A stretch of DNA of 63,908 bases, the filler included, from Octopus bimaculoides (taxonomy: Eukaryota): NCBI RefSeq assembly GCF_001194135.2. It is 5 parts of 5 records of this genome, joined end to end, with 100 filler letters (N's around TTAATTAATTAA, not from the genome) between each part and the next. Parts side by side here need not be neighbours in the genome. Positions count along the whole stretch, not along the records: positions 1 to 29,414 come from NC_069003.1; positions 29,515 to 60,312 come from NC_069001.1; 3 more parts are not named here. One strand, 5' to 3'. Both the position numbers and the translations under genes were made by a program. Every line of letters begins with the position of its first letter. The stretch's first letter is position 1. The notes beneath the pieces are model-generated. The model searched no databases. It saw only the letters and a program-made list of their open reading frames with translations, and was not told the DNA's origin. Below are positions 26,170 through 38,139 of the stretch, piece after piece.

Positions 26170-27125
26170 ATATTTTAGACGGGAAAAATTTACAATTTAC
26201 AAGGAATAAAATTCACTGTTTATAAGGAATAAAATAGAAGAATAAAGGAGTGAAATAGTAAAAGTAGTTAGAAGAATATAGGCAGGAGAATAATGTGAGC
26301 CAAGTAGGTTTCTGTACTCCTCACTTCATCAGAGATTGGCCCACATTGCATGATTTGGTCACTGTGCTCATTGAAACATATGTAAAATATGAAGAGGTAG
26401 TATCCTACTCCTCTCCACCCAATATAGAATCAATTGTTACTTCTTCTAATAAATGTAAACTTAATTACTACTACCTAAATATACATAATCATAACACAGG
26501 TCAAAGCCACAAAAACACTAATACCAATATTGAAAGCATACACCACACCCACAACCCTAGCACTACAACTAGAATTAACCAAGATCCCTGCCTCCTATGA
26601 AAGTCGAAGTGTAGCTGAGGTGAATGTTGATACTAATAGCACCACCACTAATACTATTATTAATAACTCTAATACAACCGATATCACCACCACCACCACC
26701 ACCACCACCACCACCACTACTACTACTACTAGAGTTATTGATAGTGATAATACCATTACTACTGCTAATGATAATAATAGTAATAATAATAACAACCATC
26801 AACAATTATAATACGTACCAATCCCCTAATTTCTCCATAAATAGTACTGCATCCTCCCTTTCTACTAATAACACTTGTAGGACAGATAGCTGCAACTGCT
26901 GATCTGCAACCAAATGCCTGTTGCAAGCCCATTGTAGAAGGTTTAATGTAGTATACAAATGTACAGTCCACAACATATTGCATAATTCTACTAACTACTA
27001 TATCGGATCTACTATTATATATATATATATATACACACACACAGACATATATGTATGTATGTATGTATGTATGTATATATGTATATATGTGTGTGTGTGT
27101 ATGTATGTATATATGTTTGTTTATA

Positions 27126-27620
27126 GTTTCAGCTTAGAGCTGCGGCCATGCTGGTGCACCGCCGTGTTGCTACACTGTTATTACAGGGAGCCTCCTACAA
27201 TATGTGGCACTTGGTGAAGAATGGAGTTTGATTTAGCTACCCTCATTTGCACCTCTTGCCATGAGGTAGGTTCATCTGGGACTCTTGATAGGAAGAGGTC
27301 CAGTTTTGATTTAAAAACCCCTACATCTACTTTGTGCAGGTTCCTCAGGCTCTTTGGGAGAATATTAAAAAGCTGTGGGCCCCTGAAACCCAAACTGTTA
27401 CAGTAACTGGTCCTGAAGCGAGATGGCGTTGCTGGGATCTTTGGCACTATGCAGTGTCGTCCCGTTCTGGCATTGGTGTAGCTTTCAATGCCAAAATTGC
27501 AAACAGAACACAAAGGATATCGTGGTACACGTGTTTCAAGCTTTATACACAGTATATATTGTTGATACAAAGGATGGTTTAAAGCTATCTTCAGCCGCAA
27601 ACATTTTCAGTCTCAAGATT
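27126..27620 (-). mobile_element. CR1/L2-like LINE ORF2 C-terminus and 3' UTR
   Basis: ORF 27181-27600 GRHCIVPKI...GPQLFNILPKSLRNL...FKSKLDLFLSRVPDEP is a typical non-LTR ORF2 tail. A second copy lies at 57495-57700. Exact clade uncertain. Confidence 0.8.
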
Positions 27621-27987
27621 ACATCACAAAGAAAAGAGAACATTTATACAGATATAACAATTTAAACAGATATAACAATTTAAACACATATAACAATTTA
27701 AAGGATATGCCTATTATAATGGATAATACTAAGTGGACTTTTCCTTTCTCTCTCTCTTTTTCTTTGTGATGTAATCTTTCACCTCTGCCACTATCCGGCA
27801 TATACTGGTGCTTACACTTATCAAGTATTACCTCTAAAATTTACAGTATAGCTTTAAACTTATATGTTTGACTTAAACTTGACGGTCAAATATAGCTTTA
27901 TACAGAAATGTTGACATAGGAATAAATTACATTAATAATGGATATTAGCGTCAAATCTCTCTCTTAAATTTAAAAATTTAAAACTTT

Positions 27988-28044
<57 letters not shown>

Positions 28045-29045
28045 AATGTATATACATATATATATATGTGTGTGTGTGTGTGTGTATACATGCTCTTCTT
28101 TTTCCCCTACTTCTCTATCAACATGACTATCTTAGAAACTACCTGATTTCAACTCAATAATTTTTAGTTTTTATAGTGTTTTAGATTTTAGATTTCTTAG
28201 TTTGTAATTTTAAGTTTAGGTTTTAAATTTAAATTTTCAATTTAAATTTTGAGTTTTAATTTTAATTCTCAATCCTTTATCTCACATCATTTAATTGCTA
28301 TTAAGCTTGAAATACAATTTTAAGTATCTGCACTAAACTATTGTCCTTATACTCTTACCTAGATTGGCCTTCCACCCCCACTCTACTGAAACTTTAACAC
28401 TTGACCTCTAAACCCCATACAATACTGACATTTCTATATCTTTATCTTTACTTTTATTTATTTTTATTTTTATTCTTATATTTACCTTGTTACTTCTATT
28501 TTATTTTATTGTTATTCCCTTTCTCCTCTCTCACATACACACTCACTCACAAAAACCCATCTATTATATATCTATCATTATCCTTTCCTTTCTTTTATTA
28601 TTTTTATTGTTATTATTTTTATTTATTTTTATTTCATTTTATTCTTATTTTTCACCCTTTTACCACTATCTTATCTTTTAATCCTTTCTCCTATCTCTCT
28701 CTCTCTCTCTCTCATACACCCACTCACAAAACCCATTTATGTCCATCAAATTTTCTCACTCTATATGCACATTTACAATATATACATTTACATCATTCAG
28801 AGCACTGCCAAAATACTGCCTGGATTTACCTGGGGTTTTAACTAAAAACCTATACCTTCATAGAAGTACCGATCAACATCCATATTCTCTGGAAAAAGAT
28901 GAGTTCTGAACATTATTCGCCTGCTTATATTCTTCTAACTACTTTTACTATTTCACTCCTTTATTCTTCTATTTTATTCCTTATAAACTGTGAATTTTAT
29001 TCCTAGTAAACTGTAAATTTTCCCCGTTTAAAATATTTATACCTT

Positions 29046-29111
29046 GTCTCTGATGACGTGCATGGACATGCTAACCTACCACTTGCATTATACCAGAAAC
29101 GGCTGTAAGAC
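29046..29111 (+). ncRNA. Type I hammerhead motif, core intact, stem II disrupted
   Basis: GUCU-CUGAUGA-...-GAAA-C-ggcu-GUA-AGAC. Stem I covaries with the copy at 35754 (gtct/agac versus ctct/agag). Confidence 0.65.
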
Positions 29112-29514
29112 TTCAAATTCACCTTACACTATTTAAATTATTCTAAATGAATTGAGATATTCGTTCTGCCTTGGTTTTGATTTTTCCTCTAATACAATAT
29201 ATATCTGCTATAACAGAACCCTAACACAGAGCCCAAGATCCAGCCTTAGCTATGATCTCTGAAACCTAATGGTCGACCAACTATAACACTTACCCAATGT
29301 ACCTATTCATTTAGATCACAAGTGAACTAAACCCTTTATATTCTTTATACACACACACACATACACACACACACATACACACACACACAATATATATATA
29401 TATATATATATATANNNNNNNNNNNNNNNNNNNNNNNNNNNNNNNNNNNNNNNNNNNNTTAATTAATTAANNNNNNNNNNNNNNNNNNNNNNNNNNNNNN
29501 NNNNNNNNNNNNNN

Positions 29515-29570
<56 letters not shown>

Positions 29571-29674
29571 GGTGATTTTCCAGAGGAGTGAGATGTGATT
29601 ATTATTATCATTATTATCATCATTATTATTATTATTATTATTATTACTATTATTATTATTATCATCATCTCCAG

Positions 29675-29750
29675 CTAGAACACAATCTACAGCAAGTATT
29701 AGAACCCTTTCGAATCCACGTTGAAGCAATCAGTTTTTCAAATAGTAAAG
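29675..29750 (+). CDS. Candidate internal exon of an unidentified gene (LEHNLQQVLEPFRIHVEAISFSNSK G)
   Basis: CTCCAG acceptor at 29673-29674, 76-nt open frame, AAG|GTAAGT donor at 29750/29751. Confidence 0.55.
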
Positions 29751-29966
29751 GTAAGTAAATAAATACTGGACGTTCTTGTAAGAAAATAATTATTTTGACA
29801 TATTATGACAAATTCAAACAAAACAACTCTCCTTATTTTCCTCCCTCTCTTTTTCTCTCTTACTCTCTCATCTAACTTCACAAAAAAAGTAGGTCGGTAG
29901 GAACATACTATTGTACTCATATATAACTAATACTCAGATGTCTTTGTTTTTCTTTTCTGTTTTAAG

Positions 29967-30157
29967 GCCTGAAAATTCTCAGTATGTACTTCAATATAAA
30001 CAGCCTGTTGCCATGGTTAGGACACCAACAGCAAGAACAGCAACAATATGTAGAAGAAGAAGAAGCAGAAGCAGAAGAGGAAGCTATTTATGGAGAGGAC
30101 CAATCTTTGCAAGACTTCTTGGATCCGGATTATGACTTAAAGCATTCAGTTTTATGA
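29967..30157 (+). CDS. Candidate terminal exon of the same unidentified gene (acidic C-terminus)
   Basis: Long pyrimidine tract plus TTTTAAG acceptor at 29965-29966. The phase-1 join keeps the frame open for 62 codons: LKILSMYFNINSLLPWLGHQQQEQQQYVEEEEAEAEEEAIYGEDQSLQDFLDPDYDLKHSVL*. AATAAA at 30647-30652. Confidence 0.6.
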
Positions 30158-30752
30158 TGATCTTCATTCAAAAGTGTTTCTTTTGTTTAATTTTATTTAC
30201 ATTTTTTTATTTCAATGAATGTTCCTTCCGTTTACCTTTCAGTATTATCATTTCTTTCCTCCTCCTCCTCCTCTTCCTTCCTTCCTTCCTCTCTTACTTG
30301 TTCTCCCAATATCCCTTCTTTCCACTTTTCCTCCTCTCCCCCTTCAACTTCCCATTCTCTCACCTCACTCCTCCCCCTTTCCTTCCCTCCTCCTCCTCCT
30401 CATTCCTCCTTCCCTATCATTCTCTCTTCTCCCCCTCCCCTCCATAATTACTTATATTTCTCTATAATTATGGTTTTTCTCTGGGTTTTCCTTATTTCCA
30501 TTTCACTGCAATTTTGGTTTTTGAAATGACTGCTTCAATTATGATTGTGAAAATGTTACCTCCCCCCCATATCAGATGTTGCTCCCCCCCCTTACATATC
30601 CCTATTCTTTGAGTAAATCCAGTTTCCTTCAGTAACTTTGAAAGTCAATAAAAGAAATTCATATTTTTATTCTTGCTGTTGTTATTGATGTTACGGAGTC
30701 GAAACTCATTCTAGCCAGGAAGAAGAGCAGTGTTAGGTGATGATGTTGATGA

Positions 30753-30783
<31 letters not shown>

Positions 30784-31981
30784 GGTGACCATATGGTCAA
30801 GAAGCAAACTTCTTTAAAACACAGCCATGACTGTACAGATAAGGTTTCAGTAAAATCAACCATTTCTTATCAGTATACCAGGAAAATTAACGGACGTTTG
30901 GCTGCTACTTCTAGCAGGTAAAAGTCCAGCATTGAGCTTCCCTTGTTGACTCAATAAAGTTTAAATTTAAAAAAAAAAAGACTAAGCCAGAGAAAAAAAC
31001 CAAACACTTTTATTGTTAAACATAGGGAATACATTTCAAATGGTATAATAAGAGTTGTTTACTTTGAATAGAGCTTTCAGAAACCAGAAGACAACTTTTT
31101 TTTTTTAATTTTATCATAATTATAAAAATCACATCATGTATGTATGTGTAGCATATCTCTAGCTACATATATATGCGTTTGTTTTACTTTTGCAATTTTG
31201 GAAACAATATATATCTGTATATAACACAAAGTAGAATGGAGAATTACACATTTTTGGTTCATAATTTGCTTATGCACGTTTCAGATGAGCCACTGTTACA
31301 TAATACAATGATGCCTTAATTCTTCACATTAATCAAATCATAGTCAACTGACAATAGTATTACATAGATCTAGAAAATCAGCATCAGCACATATTCCTGA
31401 GAGCTACCACTCCCATTGATTTAGTTAGCCAAACTGGGTCACCACTGAGTGCTTAGAAAGTATTTGCCTGCATTTCCCTATTCCTGTTCTTTCGTATTTT
31501 ACACACACACACATGCATGCTATTTCAAATTTTGGCACAAGGCCAGCAATTTTAGGGAGAGGGTGTTAGACCATTGAGTTCAGTTTTTGACTGGTATTTT
31601 ATCTAGTTTTTTTTTGGATCCAGGTGGAATTTAAACTCAGAAAGTAATGCGTTGCAAGAAATAACCACCAGGCATTTTGTCCGATGCTCTTATGATTCTG
31701 TCAGTTTGCTGCCTTTCGTTTTTTTATGTCGACCTATAATTTTAAAACAATTTAACATCAAATTGAAAGGTTACTTGATAATTTTTTAATAGAATACATA
31801 TTTATTAATTTTTTACAAGGAAAAGTTTAACAGTAACTTTGAAATTACATACAACACAACATGTTGCACATCATATTGCAGGGTTTTAAGACAACTCAGA
31901 CCTCAAAATCAAGTTGTGCATCATACAGGATAAGATATTATACATGGTCTTTCATAATATATACACACACACATACATATA

Positions 31982-32016
<35 letters not shown>

Positions 32017-32399
32017 ATATATATTCAAGGTGGGTGACAAAAGCAAAAAGAAGCTATATCTCGCCGCTTAGAATAAAGTATTCAAAGAAAAATCTGAGAG
32101 TGATTAAGAATATTTAATTCACAATCATTAGTGCACAAAATATGTTCTCTTTCACCCATGGCACACTGGGAACAGTCCCGATGAGCCAGAGGTGAAGCAG
32201 AATATATTTTGTTAAACTAATGACTATGAATTGAATATTGGATATAAAGATTACCTTTTGGTGTTAATACTGCTCCCATCACTAATAATTATTTTTTAAT
32301 GTACCTGCTGATTATTTGATACATCAGTGACTGAAAAGTCACTGTAATTCTATATGCTGTGGCAACGAGATTTGGCTGGTATGTGATCACCGGAGGCCT

Positions 32400-33250
32400 G
32401 CCACTGAAGAAGTACAGTACATGGAAATCATGTGATCTGGCAGCTACAACACTCATACCAGATGAATTTCATCTGCTATCTATGTATATCTGTGCTTTTA
32501 TGCATCATGTCTTTATATGAGAAGACCTCTCAAAGTTAATTTTACAGAATTCAGTGTTCCAACAAGACATCCACGTTAAGCTGGATATAAAGAAATATAT
32601 ATATACATATGCAAGAAAAAATCACTGTAATAAAATTGTATATTCAAAGATAAGTCTAACTATGATGGATTGTAAGATTGGCCACAAAAAGCAGGCCATA
32701 AATTTTTGGGGTGAGGAGAGTGTACAGGTAATATTAAACAGATCAACCCCTAATGTTTAGCAGGTATTTTATTTTATCAACCTCATTCATCCATTCATCT
32801 GCTTTTTCCACCACTTGAAGAATAAAATGCAAAATTGAACATCACCGGGACTTGAACTCAGAATGGAAAAGGAATGGACCAAACACTACAAGGTATTTTT
32901 TTATCTGTCACTTTTTACTATTTCTACCATTCATCAGATGATACCATAATTAAAATCTATGTGTAATTTTAAATTTGCATATATTCATTTCTCTAAGTGG
33001 TGGAACTAATCTGTGAATATGAGTAAGTCTCTCTTATCTTTACTTATATCTTTTACTTGTTTCAATCACTAGACTGCAGCCATGCTGGGGCAGTACCTTA
33101 TAAGGTCTATCACTGAAGAAATACAGTATACTGATATCACATGATATGGCAGTTACTACTCCCATGCCAGATGAATTTCATCCGCTGACAATGTATATCT
33201 GTGCTTTTATGCACCACATGTTTGTATGATAAGATCTCTCAAGGTTAATA
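32400..33250 (+). repeat. Two ~145-bp direct repeats, each starting with a degenerate hammerhead motif
   Basis: 32400-32540 aligns with 33107-33250. HHR-like parts lie at 32400-32441 and 33109-33150. Confidence 0.75.
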
Positions 33251-34131
33251 AATTGACACCAGTACTTCTGCTTTTTTTTTTCTTTTCTTTTCATTTCTTT
33301 TTTTTTTAAAGTCTGGTAGTTGTTCCTTCAGTCTCTTTTGCCAAAGTGCTATGCTACAAGGATGTACATAAATCAGCACCTGTCAAGCACTTGGGGAGAG
33401 CATGATAAACACAGACACATCATATATATACATTTATATATACACACACATACATATACATATATAAACATCTACATACAAATATATATATATATATATA
33501 TACATACACACACATATAATGGGCTTCTACACAGTTTCTGTCTACCAAATTCATTCACAAGGTATTGGTCAGCTTGGAGTTATAGTAGAAGACATTAGTG
33601 TTGCACTGTGGGATTGAACCCAAAGCCACATGGTTGCAAAGCAAACTTCTTAACCACACAGCCATTTCGTTAAAAGAATACTTTTAATTAACACACCTTT
33701 AATGATTATATTTTTAAACAACTTTATCCTCGACTACATTAATTTTCAACATGGTCACCGTATTTTACATGCGCATAATGCGTGCAGGTGTGCATAACAT
33801 GTGCAGGGGTGCATAATATGTACAGGTGATTTTCTACCCTAAAACACTTTAGTTATACTGGCCCACTAATCCCCCTTGCATAAAACAAGGTTTAGTTTTT
33901 TTACCTTTTCACATGTCCCTATGTCAGTCGAAGTAATTTTTTAAATTTTTTAAAATATTAAAAAAAAAAATTATGATAAATTACTTTTCAATTATAATAA
34001 AATATATTACAGCAAGCTTTAATTTTTTTTTTTTGTGGTTTATTCTTACCATGTAGAGATATTGAAGTTATAAAATTTTTCAGTTTTTAAAATTTCACAA
34101 AGATTTTTAAAATAGTCTTGGACATAAACAC

Positions 34132-34162
<31 letters not shown>

Positions 34163-34192
34163 TTGATAATGATAATAATAATATGTAATAAT

Positions 34193-34330
34193 TGGTGCAT
34201 TGGGAATTGTAAGCAAAGATATAGAGAAATGGTGGAAGAGAGATTGGAACAGAATGTCTTGTGGAGCTTCTACAGAAAGTTTGCGTCTTAAAGACTGGAA
34301 TAATTATCAGGAAGGCTTTAAGCACTTGAA
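34193..34330 (+). mobile_element. R4/Dong-like (RLE) non-LTR retrotransposon C-terminal fragment within (AAT)n
   Basis: Reads VIIGALGIVSKDIEKW...ELLQKVCVLKTGIIIRKAL, resembling the RLE-element tail PVVIGALG...LQK...G.ARILRKVL. Flanked by (AAT)n tracts. Confidence 0.7.
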
Positions 34331-34418
34331 AGACTACTGAAAGCTTGTGGATACCTAAGGTTACCTAGGTAGTAACTCTCTAATTCTACCAGGAATAAGA
34401 ATGAACCTGAGTCAAATC

Positions 34419-34450
<32 letters not shown>

Positions 34451-34454
34451 TGGT

Positions 34455-34663
34455 TTCGAATTTTGCCACAAGGGCAGCAATTTTGGGGGAGGGGATGAGT
34501 CAATTACATCGACCCCAGTGCTCGATTGGTACTTATTTTATCAACCCTGAAAGGGTGAAAGGCAAAGATGGCCTTGGTGGAATTCGAACTCAAAACATAG
34601 TGACGGGCAAGACAATGCTTAGCATTTTGTCCAGTGCACTAACAATTCTACCAGCTCACCATC

Positions 34664-34700
<37 letters not shown>

Positions 34701-35050
34701 TAGCAACAACAACAAAGATTCTTGAGATTTGAAATGTGTTGCAACTGAAACTCAGGATAGCATCCCATCCCTGCTTCTAAAATTAGCAGACAATTGCTTT
34801 TGCATAAGGAAGAACAAATAATTTAAGATGTTAGGTTTAAAATTTTGGCACAAAGCTAGCAGATTTGAAGGTGGGTGTAAGGTCAATTATATTGACCCCA
34901 GTGCTAAACTGGGACTTATTTTATTGACCCACAAAAGAATGAAAGGCAAAGTCGACCCTGGTGGCATTTGAACTCAGAACAGAATGATGGACAAAATGCT
35001 TCTAAGCATTTTCTCCAGAGCAATGGTGCTTCTGCCAGCTCACTGCCTTA
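34455..35050 (-). mobile_element. Two copies of tRNA-SINE family B (~210 bp each)
   Basis: Minus strand has a GGCGAGCTGGCAGAA...GAGTTCAAATTCC head (A/B boxes) and a GTCGACTTTGCCTTTCATCCTTTC body. Copies at 34455-34665 and 34843-35050. Others at ~31530-31715, 32685-32930, 39015-39225, 39255-39470, 41715-41920, 47545-47750 and 52505-52665. Confidence 0.85.
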
Positions 35051-35753
35051 CTGATAGTAATTTTTAAATATTAATAATTTTCGAACAGTATCTTGCAAGG
35101 AACCTACCAATTAAAAAAAAAAAAAAAAAACGAAATATATGGAGCCTGGGTACTATAATGGCAATATAGATCAAAGATTGTTTTTCTTCCTGGTGTTTGG
35201 TGTCATGCCATGGAGATAATTTTCATATGAAATTAAGCTTATTACAGTTCAGTGAGGGATGTTGTACCATTTCCTTTTCACTATTTTTATACCGGAAAGA
35301 AGCAAAAACCGGCCTTGTGGATAAGCTATTAGATTATCACCTTTTGGGTATATATTTCACTGGGTTCATAGTTTATTTGATTGTGATTTTAAGTTGAAGA
35401 GGGGAGCTAAATATACGTGAGTTTATAAGAATATATACAAGAACATCTAGGAGCACTCTACAACATATTTATATGCATTTATGTAAGTATGTACATCCAT
35501 AACCCATGGCAAAGTATAATGGAAGTAGCCCAACTGCCAACAACTCTAATTTCCATTATCCTTTGCCATGGATTATCACCAAAGATTCACCTTTAGAAAT
35601 GATAATGGACCTTATTTCTAACTATTATCTATTTGATCAGGGACCGACCTAACACATATTTTTTTCACTTTGATCCTTCTTTCATTTTTTTGACAAACTG
35701 GAAAGTACTAACATTGATTAGGGATATTCTTCCTATCTATATATTTCTGACTT

Positions 35754-35841
35754 CTCTCTGATGACGGAATACTTTGCTTATAGAATCCTTACTCAATATC
35801 ATGATCCATTTGCTTGGCTATTCTAGAAACAGCTGTAAGAG
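35754..35841 (+). ncRNA. Minimal type I hammerhead ribozyme motif
   Basis: CUCU-CUGAUGA-C[GGAAUA...UAUUCU]A-GAAA-C-agcu-GUA-AGAG. The stem III loop is palindromic (ACAGCUGU). Predicted cut after 35837. Confidence 0.75.
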
Positions 35842-35967
35842 GCTCTGTTTATATTCTCTATTTAAATTAAATGAATTTTCGAGTGATGCCAAAGGTTTTG
35901 CTTTTCATTTTCTATTTTAATATGTGCGTGTGTATATACATATAGTTGCACAGTTAAAAACAAATAC

Positions 35968-36018
<51 letters not shown>

Positions 36019-36944
36019 TACACAATATATATGTTTGTATGTATTNNNNNNNNNNNNNNNNNNNNNNNNNNNNNNNNNNNNNNNNNNNNNNNNNNNNNNN
36101 NNNNNNNNNNNNNNNNNNNNNNNNNNNNNNNNNNNNNNNNNNNNNNNNNNNNNNNNNNNNNNNNNNNNNNNNNNNNNNNNNNNNNNNNNNNNNNNNNNNN
36201 NNNNNNNNNNNNNNNNNNNNNNNNNNNNNNNNNNNNNNNNNNNNNNNNNNNNNNNNNNNNNNNNNNNNNNNNNNNNNNNNNNNNNNNNNNNNNNNNNNNN
36301 NNNNNNNNNNNNNNNNNNNNNNNNNNNNNNNNNNNNNNNNNNNNNNNNNNNNNNNNNNNNNNNNNNNNNNNNNNNNNNNNNNNNNNNNNNNNNNNNNNNN
36401 NNNNNNNNNNNNNNNNNNNNNNNNNNNNNNNNNNNNNNNNNNNNNNNNNNNNNNNNNNNNNNNNNNNNNNNNNNNNNNNNNNNNNNNNNNNNNNNNNNNN
36501 NNNNNNNNNNNNNNNNNNNNNNNNNNNNNNNNNNNNNNNNNNNNNNNNNNNNNNNNNNNNNNNNNNNNNNNNNNNNNNAAAAAAAAAAAAACATATCTAT
36601 TATTTTTGTTGTTGATTTTTTAAATGTTTGGGGGTTTTTTTTCTGTCATTAACTGAATAAAAGAAACAGTTAATATATGTTAATATATGCAAGAAAAAAC
36701 AATCAAATAAAAAAATCCAAGTGTTGATGTAACTCAATGTTGAAATTCCAATTCTGCTGGCATAAATGCCATTCTTCAACACCAATCAGTTTAGGATTTG
36801 AGTGACAAATTTGGCATTGAGATTAATGCCTTGACACAGCACACAGAAATTATTGTCACCTGGGAATATCTTTTTTTTTTTTTATCTGAGAGATTTTATT
36901 TCTTGTTTGACTTTCCATATAATGTAAATGATATATGTGTGTAG

Positions 36945-36980
<36 letters not shown>

Positions 36981-36982
36981 GC

Positions 36983-37027
<45 letters not shown>

Positions 37028-37254
37028 TTCAAATGGAAGGTCAAACTAGGCTGACCTGATCGTCCATATACATAATTTTAGTTGTTCAGTTAATGACAAA
37101 TAAGAAGATTGTGATGATAATGATGATGATGATTTTTATTGTTGTGTTTGTTGTTGTAGTTTAACCCTAGGTCAACTGTGATCAAGCAAACCTATGATCA
37201 GATGTATTCCAGTGATGACTGTTCAGTTTTTTTTTATATTTTGTCACAATGATT

Positions 37255-37610
37255 GGGCTGTGGCCAATGCTGGGGCACCACCTTAAAGCATTTAGTTTAA
37301 CAACTCAGTCCCAGTAATATTTTTTTTTTAAAGTGTGATACTTTTTCTATCAGTCTCTTCTGCTGAACCACTAAGTTAAGGGAACATAAACCAATACTGG
37401 TTGTCAAATGGTGGACAAGCCTAGACACATACATGTACGAATGTGTGTGTGTGTTTATATACACACACACATACATACAAACACAATACACACCCAGCAA
37501 GCTTCTTTCAGTTTCCTACTCCCAAATCCACGGCTCAGAAATATAGCAGAAGACACTTGCCCAAGGTTCCACAAAGTAGGACTAAAGCCATGGCCACATG
37601 GTTGGGAAGC
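37255..37610 (-). mobile_element. tRNA-SINE family A
   Basis: Both halves present in reverse. Further partial copies at ~33510-33665, 41965-42150, 42525-42745, 43530-43675, 51490-51625, 55022-55220 and 56830-56975. Confidence 0.8.
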
Positions 37611-38139
37611 AATAACAGTCCTTTCCACTTTAGAAGACAGTGAGATGTGACTTGAAAGTGCTTCGGTTGCTATATCTAGCAAATTGAGTAACCTCCTAGA
37701 GGCTGCCACATGATTATGACGATGATTATGATGGATGTAATGAAGTATGTTGCAGTGGTGGTGGTATGAGGAATTGCAGAGAATAATACAAAAGAAGCTT
37801 GAATTAATAAAAGGGATTTCAGCCCTCTTTAAATTAGCCCCTGAAAGCACAGTCAGGTTGAATGGAAATTAGAAATACAGGTAGTTTAATTTCTGATCCG
37901 AAGAAGCTCCCATACTTTGCAGCAGCAGTTTAGGAATACAGCAAGCGAAAGCCATTTGTGCAAAACTTAAGATTATAATTCTTTGTTGTGGTGGTGGTGG
38001 GGTGGATTTGAAGAATCCCTAGATACAAAATATGACTGTGGCCATTCTGAAGCACCACTTAGTATGCAAATAATTTTTTTCTTCCTTAAATAGTTCCTCT
38101 TCTTTACATTCAGTGGAATTTTTACAGGTCCAACTAGTG

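Larger units (their letters stand above)
26007..29198 (+). mobile_element. 5'-truncated Penelope-like element with ~290-bp inverted pseudo-LTRs and nested insertions
   Basis: 26007-26296 is the reverse complement of 28910-29198. The interior has a PLE-type linker (VVSYSSPPNIESIVTSSNK, ~26390-26460) and decayed endonuclease-like text near 27800-27980. It is interrupted by trinucleotide tracts and a LINE fragment. Confidence 0.75.

Noticed and set aside
36700-36870. Coding-looking stretch next to a gap
   Set aside because: All frames are interrupted, with no supported splice sites or recognisable motif.
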